A stretch of 64,000 nt of DNA from Phoronis australis (Eukaryota; Animalia; Phoronida): contig NMRA01000008.1 in NCBI GenBank assembly GCA_002633005.1, positions 832,341 through 896,340 on the forward strand, read 5' to 3'. The translations under genes were made by a program, and so were the position numbers. The notes beneath the pieces are model-generated. The model saw only the letters and a list, made by a program, of their open reading frames with translations. It searched no databases and was not told the DNA's origin. Positions 27,360 to 39,200 of the stretch are shown one piece after another (the stretch's first letter is position 1; every line of letters starts with the position of its first letter).

Positions 27360-28820
27360 ACACCAGGGGCAGCGCAGCTCTGAAAAAAAGTGTGGGGGGA
27401 GGGGTTAAAGCCTCCCCCATCTCCCTGTGATGCACCGCCCATAGACCATGGGCGGCCCAGCACTGAAAAAAGTTGGGTCTACCTGATAGCCTCCCAGCCC
27501 CCTTTGGTGCGCCTCCCATGGACACGGGCACTGAAAAAAGTGGGGGGGGGCTAAAGCCCCTCCAGCTCCCTTGTGGTTCGCCGAAACTGGATCATAAAAC
27601 AAACCTTGACCTTCGACCCAGACGGCAGAAGAATATGTGCGAATACACTGTTGAAGCCCAACTATAGTTGCTTCAGGCAGCTTCCAGCTACCCGCCGTCA
27701 ATACGCTGGCCCTAGACCCATTCTTCCTCTCCGTGAAAGTTTGTTGGTTCATGGTTACTCAAATCCTGATGGCTGCATCCCCGGTATTCGGTATTACCCG
27801 CACCTATGGCGGACGTGGGGGGGGGCAGGGGCGGATCCAGGATTTTNNNNNNNNNNNNNNNNNNNNNNNNNNNNNNNNNNNNNNNNNNNNNNNNNNNNNN
27901 NNNNNNNNNNNNNNNNNNNNNNNNNNNNNNNNNNNNNNNNNNNNNNNNNNNNNNNNNNNNNNNNNNNNNNNNNNNNNNNNNNNNNNNNNNNNNNNNNNNN
28001 NNNNNNNNNNNNNNNNNNNNNNNNNNNNNNNNNNNNNNNNNNNNNNNNNNNNNNNNNNNNNNNNNNNNNNNNNNNNNNNNNNNNNNNNNNNNNNNNNNNN
28101 NNNNNNNNNNNNNNNNNNNNNNNNNNNNNNNNNNNNNNNNNNNNNNNNNNNNNNNNNNNNNNNNNNNNNNNNNNNNNNNNNNNNNNNNNNNNNNNNNNNN
28201 NNNNNNNNNNNNNNNNNNNNNNNNNNNNNNNNNNNNNNNNNNNNNNNNNNNNNNNNNNNNNNNNNNNNNNNNNNNNNNNNNNNNNNNNNNNNNNNNNNNN
28301 NNNNNNNNNNNNNNNNNNNNNNNNNNNNNNNNNNNNNNNNNNNNNNNNNNNNNNNNNNNNNNNNNNNNNNNNNNNNNNNNNNNNNNNNNNNNNNNNNNNN
28401 NNNNNNNNNNNNNNNNNNNNNNNNNNNNNNNNNNNNNNNNNNNNNNNNNNNNNNNNNNNNNNNNNNNNNNNNNNNNNNNNNNNNNNNNNNNNNNNNNNNN
28501 NNNNNNNNNNNNNNNNNNNNNNNNNNNNNNNNNNNNNNNNNNNNNNNNNNNNNNNNNNNNNNNNNNNNNNNNNNNNNNNNNNNNNNNNNNNNNNNNNNNN
28601 NNNNNNNNNNNNNNNNNNNNNNNNNNNNNNNNNNNNNNNNNNNNNNNNNNNNNNNNNNNNNNNNNNNNNNNNNNNNNNNNNNNNNNNNNNNNNNNNNNNN
28701 NNNNNNNNNNNNNNNNNNNNNNNNNNNNTCAGACATTCGCACCTCCGAACTGCCAAATGGAACATGAGGGAGTTTTAGGGGGACCATGGCCCCCTTGGCC
28801 CCCCTCTAAATCCGCTACTG
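27360..28820. repeat. G-rich non-autonomous transposon-type repeats flanking the assembly gap (N 27847-28728)
   Basis: CAGGGGCGGATCCAGGATTTT directly before the gap and CCCCCTCTAAATCCGCTACTG after it; GGGGCTAAAGCCCC-type motifs. Confidence 0.5.
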
Positions 28821-28828
28821 ATATCATA

Positions 28829-30569
28829 TGGATTCATTTTTTAATATTCTTTTCAATCTCGTTTAACCAGATTTTTTACCAGGAAACAGTTGTTGTGCCC
28901 ACTTTTCATTTTTTATTACTGACAAAGAGCTAGAATATTTATATAGTCAGCTCCATCGAAATTGTCCAGAGATTCCAAACCTTCAGTTTGATTATCACCA
29001 TATTTGCACTTTTGTATATATTATATGATTGAAGTTCTAATAAAGATTAAACTTTAATGACACGTGAAATGTTTAGTGTACCTGTAAGGTGGTAAGTTTA
29101 GGAATGGGCTCACAATGAACTTAACTAATTAAATGGATTAGCTGGCGATCAAAATCTACCACTATTTTGGTACTTCAGGTTCAACCCGTTCCCGGCAGAA
29201 GCATTAAAAATTAAATAAAGAAAACAAATATGAAACTTATCGTTCCTTTGGGAAGTGGCCTTTTGTGAAGACAAACACAAGTTAACTTTTTTAGTCATTT
29301 TGTAATATTTAGAATGTACCAAGTTAAAACTATTCTCCAGAGCTGCAGCAGGCTATAACTCTGCAAATGTCAGAGAAAACCAAATTGGGGGTACCAATAA
29401 CAACCATTGTTGAAACAGTTAACGCTAGCAATTACCTTTCCATTCCATTAGCTCAGATCTACATCAATACAAAAGGTGTGCTGAATAGGCCCCGTAAAAG
29501 TTGTCTGGGGCTTAGGGAATCAGAGCGGTCACCAATGTGAGCGAGAAATTCTCCACATCATAGCTGCTGTGCGGTCTCCACGACGAGGGAAGCTCGTAGT
29601 CCATTACCTGTGAAAAACTGACACCCAATACCTCCGTCAATATCAAAACCAGTCTTGAAATAGCCTGTACACCCATTTAAATACATGACTCCAATAAACT
29701 GTCCCCTTTTCAATAACAAAATTGGGGAACTCATACCCAGTCGATACTCAAAAAACGCAACTGCCGGGAAAACGCCGCTAGTCACTGTTCGCCAGTGCCG
29801 GACTCAGCAAGCCAAGAAGAGTCCCCCCGTCTTGCCAGGTCAGTCTAGTAGGATTTCCTCTGTGTCGTCTGCGTTAGGAAACGTCACGTTTTTGGACAAA
29901 AGTTTAAAGAACCGGTAAGGTTAATGGAAACAAGTAAAGATGGAATGATTTTGTTGGCTCAGTCGTATGTCTCATACTTGTTATCAGGTATAAGGCATGC
30001 GAGCTCATTTCGAACATTACATAGGCCTTTGTTGCAGTTTTAACTAAGGACAAAAGTTAATTGGTGTTTATCTTGACAGAGGGCCACTTCCCAAAGGAAC
30101 GGTGGTTTTAAATATGTTTTATACCGGTTTTCGTTATTTCATTTTAAGTTCTCCTGTCTACTTTTTTCTTACCGCGAAGGAGCTGACATCTTTTTATTTT
30201 ATCTTTAAACTTGTACCAAGCAGTGGTAGATTTTGATCGCCAGTGAAACTTAATTAGTTTAGTTAATTGTGAACCCATCCCTGAACTTTCCAGAATGCAG
30301 CTACACTAAACATTTCACATCGAACAAGAACTGCACGTGTCAATAGTTCAAGATTAATCTTTATTAGGTCTCAAATCATAAAATATACAAATTGCAAATA
30401 TGACTGAAGATTTGTAATCTCTGGACAATTTTGGTTGCATTGACTACATAACTATTCTAGTTTTTTTTCAGTCATAAAAAATGAAGAGTGGGTACAAGTG
30501 AAGTACAACTGTTTCCTAGTAAAAAAGCTGGTTAAACGAGATTGAAAGATTATTAAAAGAAAAATCCAG
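28829..30569. repeat. Large diverged inverted repeat (arms ~28829-29360 and ~30020-30569) around a ~650-bp spacer
   Basis: TTCAATCTCGTTTAACCAG / CTGGTTAAACGAGATTGAA; GGCGATCAAAATCTACCACT / AGTGGTAGATTTTGATCGCC; CGTTCCTTTGGGAAGTGGCC / GGCCACTTCCCAAAGGAACG. Confidence 0.85.
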
Positions 30570-30959
30570 GGTTTGTAAATTCATCGAGCATATCAATACG
30601 CACGGCCGTTTATCTTCAATCGTACCCTGTCCCAGTGTTTGTAGTTTTTAGCTCATTAGTTCATCGATTTTTAAAATTCGAAAATCTTGCTTGGTTGTTT
30701 TTCCAGCTGAATACCGCCATGCTGTTCGTTTTTAACGAAAACTATTGGTTAAGGAATTTTGAGAATTCTTCATTATGTACAGGCAGAGATGTTTACTAGT
30801 CAGGAAGAGATAACCAGGAAGGGACAACTGTTTTAGCGCATTTTAACGTGATTTTAAACGTGATTTCAAAAGTAATTGTTCAAGTTATCTGAAATCCAAG
30901 CATTATGTTTGAAATATTAACTCTTTAGCTATAAAATTACACCACTTTGGTCCGCAAAG

Positions 30960-31412
30960 ACTACATATTACTGGCACTGGGATTCTTTGAACGTGACACC
31001 CTTCCAAAAGATGCCTCTTTCCAGGCATGTACTCAACCTAGCCCGACACAGACACATTACTGGGCATATGGGGAGCCCTGTGTGTCCCGAGTGTGGTACT
31101 GACGTAGAATCTCCTAAACACCTGGTAGAGTCTTGCCCAGCTTTTTATAGGCTAAGGAGCAACCTACTCGATGACATTGTTACATGCCTACAACATATAG
31201 TGCATGGCAACAAATGGAAACGTCTGTCCGTTTCCCTAAAGGAGACTGGCAGACTTGAAAACTTTCTTCACGAGGAGCCATAATTGGGGTCTCGTGCCTT
31301 TGCTCAGGTGTTTTGTGCAATGGGCCCAACCATGAGGCCTGCGCACGTCTGATGCACCGCAAATGACATCAGACCACCTGCACTGTTTTTCTGTTGTTTT
31401 TTTTGTTTTTTT
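30960..31412 (+). mobile_element. 5'-truncated non-LTR retrotransposon (I/R1/Loa-group) 3' end with CCHC zinc knuckle
   Basis: ORF 30987-31283: LARHRHITGHMGSPVCPECGTDVESPKHLVESCPAFYRLR...LKETGRL; structured 3' UTR and T-rich tail; 3' end recurs at 53067-53139 (-). Confidence 0.75.
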
Positions 31413-31745
31413 ATGTACTCGGTCATGAGCCTCTTTTTGAACCAACAGATGTCACTAAAATATGCAAATGAGGCCCGCATCGCCTACGTCAAATTTGAAC
31501 CGTCAGGTGCCTATAGTGTATGACTTGAAACGCAGTTCTACTGGATCGCGTAGTCTCCTTCCAAGAAAACTAAGAACTCACCCAAGTTCTTTGAACATTG
31601 AGTATGGTTTCACAGGAAAATACATTTAATTGTATTTGGATACGCTTGCATGTGTGTATGCGTGGACTTTGTTATTTTGCTTAAATAAAGATTTAGAAGC
31701 AGAAATTCAGTAGTGTTTTAATTAGGGTTAAAACCCTAATTAAGC

Positions 31746-33219
31746 CACGGTACCGGTGGCCGGTGGCCATATGGGTCCCCGACGGGGAAGTCTGATATAT
31801 GCACGGCAATTCGATGAAAGAACTAATGCTAGTCGATGGTCAGCTCCGCTATGATTCATTTGGAACGTGCGGCTTAGCTCGAACCGGCTATACCCGTGTT
31901 CTGGCTCCAAAGTTCGTTTTTTGAGCCCCAGTTTCGGGAAAAGTTCATTAGGGTCCCTTCATGAAGATTTTTTGAAAGGTATGGTCCCCGAAGCCCTTGG
32001 CCTATAGACCTCATCAAAATTCCTTGTTGAAACACGGCCACTCAGTGTCCAGCTTCTGCCGGGCGGCTGGGGAAAATGAACGTGTGTGCCAAAAATGTAC
32101 ACACTTCAACGCCAGCACCGGCGTCACGTTCCCGTCAATCACTGGCCGCGGATTCTACGCCGGCCTAATGCATGACTACACCTTATTTCATTAACGTGGG
32201 TGCGTCACTGAGTCATGACGTGCCCGGCCTGTGCAATATGCACGGGAATGGCAAGCAAACGATTCGGTTGAGAAGAACCAAAATTCATTGCGCAATACTA
32301 CTGGGCACTATAAGCATCAAGGAAGTGCAAAGACAATCTTTACTAATTTATGAGTAATGACTTGAACTTCTTTTTCGATCTTCGGTTTGCAATTTTTAAA
32401 ATTTCACTAGTCTAGTTTTTAATTCATGAAAGCATTTAGAGCTGCTCGACATTCATGAACTTATCACTGTTATCGTTTAGTGTACTTCATTGCGATATGG
32501 TTATCTCTTCCTGCTACAGTTTATGGTTATGTAATTTCACTTAATTGAGTCTTGCTCGCACCGGACAATGCGGCCATCCCGGCTACTGTATCCCACTCCG
32601 GCGCCGGGCTCTCTTTGATCCTGGTAAAAGCTACTCAAAAGGACGAGCGGTGAAAATTCCCGCATATCTTTAGAAAAGCATGACTTCCGATATAACAGTT
32701 ACTCTTTTCAATTTTTAATAATGTTAGCCTTTCATATTAAGGGATCCCCCCCAGACGGGGTTCAGTCTCTCGGAGGGGTGGCCCAGAACCAGTGCCCCTT
32801 TGCCTCTCTATAAATCTGACACTGTCAACTATTTACGAGCGGAAGAAGATAAGATTCCAAATTTATCGAAAAAACAAAACGATTTCGCACGAAGCAGTAC
32901 GAGTATCAAGAGATTTGGCCCAAACAACCAAAATGATTGTGTTGAAAAATACAATTGGATAGACCGCCATTGAAAGAATGGAAGTTTAAAAAACTTAAAG
33001 ATCTGCCCATTCATTGTTCGCCAATACGATTCTTTGATGACCATGTAATGAGTACATGTCTAAAGGATTACAGTTGGCAAAACTAAAAGAGATTTCAACG
33101 ATTTTTGGACTTCGAGTTTATCTCACCAACCTCAGTACTCCTCTGGAACTGAATGAACCTAAACACATATTAACACGAATGAAATTCTAAAACCTTCTTG
33201 GGGGACCCCAAATACCGTG
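31746..33219. mobile_element. Possible non-autonomous CAC-terminal DNA transposon (Chapaev/Transib/EnSpm-like)
   Basis: CACGGTA...GGGTCCCC at left and GGGGACCCCAAATACCGTG at right; no matching TSD seen. Confidence 0.3.
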
Positions 33220-33899
33220 AGATGCCCCTCGGCGTCTCTTATATTCCTCTAGTTACACGCGTCACGACGTCGAGCATGCCTTCGGGAATAGCTTGATAAA
33301 CAACAAATTCATTGGTTTCTAATTTACATGTTTATGAACGAAAATTGAATGATTCGTGTACTTTTTTGAAAAGTAGAAGCTGATCTTGACAGAATTGGTG
33401 ATGCTTCAGTGAACTTAGTTGCAGGCTGAAGTTAGGAAAATATTTATGGGGGGGGGGGGGGNTTTGTGCTCCACCTCAATAATTTTTACCTTCCTTAGGG
33501 CCTGACTAAAGGGAAAGTGTCAGTTCTTTATAAAATCGTCTTTTTGAATTTTAAACTCTGACTGAATTTAAAATCTATAAAATTTGAAGTTTATTCTAAT
33601 TCTCTGGAAGAAGGTAAGCAGACTGTATGTAAAAGCTTTCGTTTTCTTCTCAAGTGCGCGGAAGATGGTAGCTGCAAAAAATACTGAATGAAAATCCAAG
33701 GCGTTTAGTTTACCTTTCGTCGGCACAAGCAAAACTGGGCCGAGTTATTTTAGGCGTAAGGTATTCCAAAGATGAAATTGAAAGTTTTAAGAACCAAAAC
33801 TCATCTTCTCCGCGGAGAAAAAATGTGTTTTTTTTTCCGCGGAGAAAAACGTCTTTAGTCGTAAAAACTTTGAAAAAAAATCCGGGTCATGTTCGGGCC

Positions 33900-34700
33900 A
33901 CGCCAGCGATGACGGCCAGTTAAATTTTGCTATGTCATTCTCTCACCATGAGGCCGCACTTGCAAAGGTCTGCGTCACCAATGAGACAATCAATTGTTAT
34001 ACAAAGCTCATTGTGCGTCACCGTTTGCTTCGTGTCCCACCCTAGGTGATAATACTTAGCTTTGCTGTGCAGGTTGGATAGGGGAACTGAACTTAGTCAC
34101 CCGTTTGCAAACTGAGTTACTAGTTCTAGGAAGCCTGTGACGTCAGTTAAGGCACTCCAATAGTCGGTGATATTGATTTTGATCCACACACAATACCTGG
34201 CGTGAGTGGAAGTCTTAGTTCAATGGTCTTTTCTGAGTCGGGGGGAACGACTGAATACGTTAAGAACACAGTCCTCGGAACTCTCCGATCAAACAACAAG
34301 TGAAACTTTGGATAAGGCGACTGTTCCCGGCAGTTTGTTGCTCTCGCGTAGTGAAAACAACTGCAAGTGTCGGAACTAGACCGAGTCGCACGGGGATAAC
34401 AGGTGGGTAATGTCGATATTGCTGGTGTATAATTAATTATCCTGGCATTTAGGGATAATAAAAGAGACCCCTTCTAGCTGCACACGTTTTCTCGTACCAG
34501 GAAGCGAGTAGACCAAGTGAGTGCATAATTTAGCAGTTTTGAACGGATGCACGACTATATACGGCCTCAGTAGTACTAAGTTATTAACATTGTGTCAGAG
34601 TTTGAGCATTGAATCTCTTCACGTCCACAAAACCTTTCCTTGACATCTAGTTAACAGCTCTTCTCTCCGAGTCGAACAGATCCACCAAGGCAAGTATGTT
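33900..34700 (+). promoter_or_regulatory. Candidate promoter and 5'UTR exon region of the DM13/DOMON gene
   Basis: CpG-richer; CRE TGACGTCA at 34138-34145, TGCGTCAC twice, CCAAT boxes; candidate donors CAG|gtgggt (~34402) and AAG|gcaagt (~34689). Confidence 0.35.
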
Positions 34701-36181
34701 ATTCAGTAGATTTCTCTGAAGTAGCGGATTGTGGCCGGCATACTGCTGCATGTAGTGTAGGCATTTACATCGCCATGTTTGCTGCATGGTCTACGCGTTG
34801 CCTAACCATAGATATCCTAACTGCTGTAGGCCTACAGTATAGGTTCAAACATTGCGTCCTTTGCCAATTTTTGACTTTTGATTCTTAACAGGGCTTGCGT
34901 GTTTTTCTGTTCACAAGTCTAAGCAGTAAGTAGCAACCAAGTCTCATGTTGGAACCCCTGCACTCTTGGATTCCGTACAGCATCACCACCCACTATTTCT
35001 TATCTATGACCTCTTACAGATTTGTTTGTCCTTGTGTGTGATTATGTCTGATTATGTAATATCCATTTCTGGTGTTGAGGATTTTGTTGAACCAGAGCAT
35101 CTGGGGAATCCAGATACTGAAAGCTTGGGGACAATTGTTTTTATAATCTGAGCTGGAAGTTATACTACTGTATGAGGTGTGATCATTTTATTGATCTTTC
35201 GTGAGAATGTCACCATTTCTAATCGGATAAATTAAACAGGTTAGGGTTTGGAGTTTGTATTACTCCAAAGGATTAGAAAAAGTTATTAGATTTCTTCGAA
35301 GAAGTAAATGTTTACTTTGTCGCTAAAGACCCTCGGAGTATATAGTGTTTGACCACTCAACACGTATCATCATGCACGGTTTTTGCACAAACGTTATTGT
35401 AAAATTCTATATTTCAAAAGTTGATTACCTTACTTCAAATAATGAAGACTCAAGTTAACAAATATTGCTTCGTGACCATTTTCACACAATTCAACCTTGG
35501 CTACTTATGAAGTAAAAATTTCTCAATGTTTATTTCTGTTGGGAAAGTTGACGAAATAAAACCTCATGACAATGAATATTAAAATGCAAAAAATTACCCT
35601 GATATAAAAGCCTTCAGGTGAGTTTGTAGCAAATTAAGAGGAATTATTATGGAGAGGTCCTGACTTAACAAACCCACTATTAACCTCATTCTCATCTTCT
35701 GAGCTATATCCTCTGTGATGTCCTGTTATAGCATAAGAAATATTTCTTGTTTAGTTTCAGTTCCAGACAACAGCATTTTCCAAAACCAAATATCAATCTA
35801 CTTGTGTACACAGTCTTGCCATGCTGATTGAAATACTGGTCAAGAAACCAAATCTTAAATTGTTTTCAGCCAACTTTTATTGCATTTCTCCTTAGCCAGC
35901 CAATGACCTTAGCTGAGCCAACTATGGTTTTTTGGCCTAATACTTTTTTGTCGGTGTTTTCTGCATAGCTGTGGGCTAACAAAACTGCGGGTACAATTTT
36001 GAACACCTCCGGTGAATTGCAGGTCTTCATCAAAAAATAAGAACTTATTTTAGTCATCATTTTTGTCTAAAGTTGAAAATTAGTGGATTACAAAATTGAT
36101 GGCTTTTACTAGACACTGATCTGCACTGGCTGTGTTTTATCAACTCTCTATAATTTTCTTTTCTACTTTCAGTGGCAAAGT

Positions 36182-36242
36182 ATGTTTGGGGCTACATGTT
36201 GTACAGCTCTTGTGGTGCTCCTTTGTGGGATGTATTTAACAG
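36182..36242 (+). CDS. Knk/Skeletor-like exon 1 (signal peptide MFGATCCTALVVLLCGMYLT)
   Basis: Pyrimidine-rich acceptor at 36172, ATG 36182, ACAG|gtgaat phase 1. Confidence 0.8.
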
Positions 36243-39200
36243 GTGAATATTTTTAAAGTGCAATAAATCCAGTTCATTCTGCCAAAGACAACTTCTGATT
36301 TAGATCACTTAACTTTTTGTTCCGTATTCAGTTTAGAATTGAGACCTTTCAGACACTAATGTGCGGGGTGACGCCGCGACCGAGTTGGATGCAGGTCATC
36401 CGTCACTCGCAAATCACTGAGATTATCCCTACGGGCTATGGTTACTCTAATAAATGAATGTAACTTCAGACGTTTGCTGAATTCCTTTGGCACCAACATT
36501 CAGCCTTATTTCTTTTAATTGAGCACATCTTGTATTGTATTGTTGGGTACAAGGAATCCGAGTCTGTTTTATGCCATGATTAGTGCAAACCATGGTAGAA
36601 GGCTAGGCACTGGGTGTGGAAATGATTCACATATTTAACAAAGTGATACTTCCTTCCATACAGAAAATTTATTCTGGTCATTGCTCAGGGAGTGATAATC
36701 TAGTTACAACTGGTAGCCTAGAAAGCAAACTAGACAAAACTCGTGCCGTTTTTTTCCTACATCCAGGATTCATGAAGACTATAATGAATTTTCAGATAAA
36801 AGAATTCCACTGCAATATGAAATGCAAAACCTTGAAATTTTGAGAGCAGACTCTCACTTAATTATAGCATTTACACTGGGGTCATTAAGTACAAGCCAAG
36901 ACTAGACACTCATCCAAGTAAGCTATAATGCACTGCAGCACAGAATAGTAGACACTTATTTTTAGCTCGCACAACTGGTAGGACGGAAAAAGTAAACAAT
37001 AATTTCGAGTTTGATTTCAAGTACACAGATTAGACCAAGAGCCCGGTATTACAACAAAAGTGCCTAGTCATCGGAGTCATAATTGGAAACTGAACGTCAG
37101 ACATCAGCAAAACAAATGAATAAAAAGTTGAATAAACACAGTTATTTGGTTGCACTACTGTGCATTGCTATTAAAATGCGTGGGTAAAAATAAGGGGCAC
37201 ACTAGCTTATGGAGAACGTTGACCGCCGCGCGGTTCCAGCACGTTGCAGTTTTTACGCATGCGACCTGTTTAGATTTTCAGATGTGGAGAACACTGACTT
37301 CAGGCCATCGTCCAAATTTGTGTTTCATGTGATTGGGCATTTCAGAAAAGAATCTTGACAGTTAGAAAAAAATGAATAACATTTATACCACAACAAAATT
37401 TAATTTCGTGTCAAAAAAACAAATGTCTACATTTAAAAATCAATTACAAAGTGATAAATGGCTTACTACATGGCATACCTATCGAAATCGTTTAGAGAAT
37501 ATGCATTGGTTTATTGTCCTTCCCCGTTAATGAGCTGAGTCACCAAATTATCACAAATATTTTTCCTAGGTCCTGCCTGCTTAGCAGAGTGAGGCCATTT
37601 CAGGAATGGTAATTGACTTTTCTTGCCTGATCAAGTTCCTATGAAACTTTCAGATGCAGTGCCTTATGTACTCCAAAACGCTGTTAGAAACTGTTTCTAA
37701 AATGTTTCATTTTTGACTAAAGGGTTATCAAAACTAAGACTTCATGTTTTGTATGAAAAAACCCTCAGAAGATGCATAAGACGACAATTGAAAACTAAGT
37801 GGTAGCTAAAAACAATTGTAATAGCATTTTTGAGATTTCATTTCAAACGAATTTATGGAAGATATACTAGTATTTAAAAATTATTTATTACATTATAACA
37901 CAAGGTATGATATTTCATTTTAAAATTGACTTTCAAAAAAGTTCAATGTTGGTTTAACTTGGTATGTACTGAATCCAGTGGGCTGTTCTTTGCTTTTAGT
38001 ATTTATAACTAGCCGTTACCCGTGCTTTTGCACGGGTAGCAGCTAGTGGGAAACGCCGAGGGAGGGAAATTTATAGCTCACCTAAGAGTGAACAACTGAG
38101 TGTTCATCGCAAGAGACAGGAATACTTCTTGAAGAGACCGTGTTCAAAGCTTCAAGCAGAATTTCTGTCACTGTCAGATTTTAGTAGACAAGGTGTGCGG
38201 CTGCGGAATTCTTTCCCCATGCAGTACAAATTTCTTTCCACTGAGAACATTTGACCCTAGCCGTAACACAAAGTACGGTTATCAGATATTACTCTTTTAA
38301 AGTGAAAACTAAGAATGCACTTAAAATATCGTATAGCACACAAAGTATATAGACGTATTTATAAAAGTTGCATCATAAATGTACATACTGAGGTAGAAAA
38401 CCAGCTAGCTAGGTAGCCATGTAGCCTGCTCGGTGGGACACCGAAATTTCACACAACCCAGGGGCTCAGCTCGTCACCTCGTCATACGTGAAACTTAGAG
38501 CTAACAACCTGCAGGGGTGCATGCAGAACCTGTGAATGAACAGACATTCACCTTGCCTGTTAGAGCCGTTGATAGAATTTAAAAAAATGTACTAAACGTT
38601 ATTTTTCATAATTCCCCTTCTTTTGTAACAACGCCATTGTGTTCGTTAAGGTTTTGTCCCCGGACTACGTCTCGGTTTCCGGTTTTCTGTCGATTTGTCT
38701 TGTTCATCAATAAACGCTAGCAAACCTTGTTTTATTTAACTCACTGTCGCAACATCTTGAACAATATTGTCAGTCATGGAATACTAGAAGTCAGGTTGCC
38801 TTATCTCAGAACATAAACGTATATCCCAACAGAATAGTCACATTTAGTTGTGAGCCCGGGATATGCATATGAGCAAATACTTTCACTAGAATTCATCCTG
38901 GTCAGCTGGCTAAAATTGAAAATCAAACTCCTTTCCTTTATTATGAGAGCTGGAGGTGTTAGAGATATTAACATTGAAAACCTTCCTAAGGAGACTGGAA
39001 TGATGAAAATTCACACAAGACATCAATTCCTATCTGCTTGTTGTATGTACAAATGTTTTTAACGTCTTGTCCCAACATACTACATGCTAAGTTTAAGATG
39101 ACTACTAATCCCTACAATACTAGTTCCTCAATATCATCAAATTTCAATCTTCCTAAACCCAGAAATGAAACTGGGAAATATCATTTCCTTACAGCAGGCC

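Noticed and set aside
27573-28933. Long 320-400 aa ORFs in the ORF track
   Set aside because: Artefacts of the N-gap (27847-28728)
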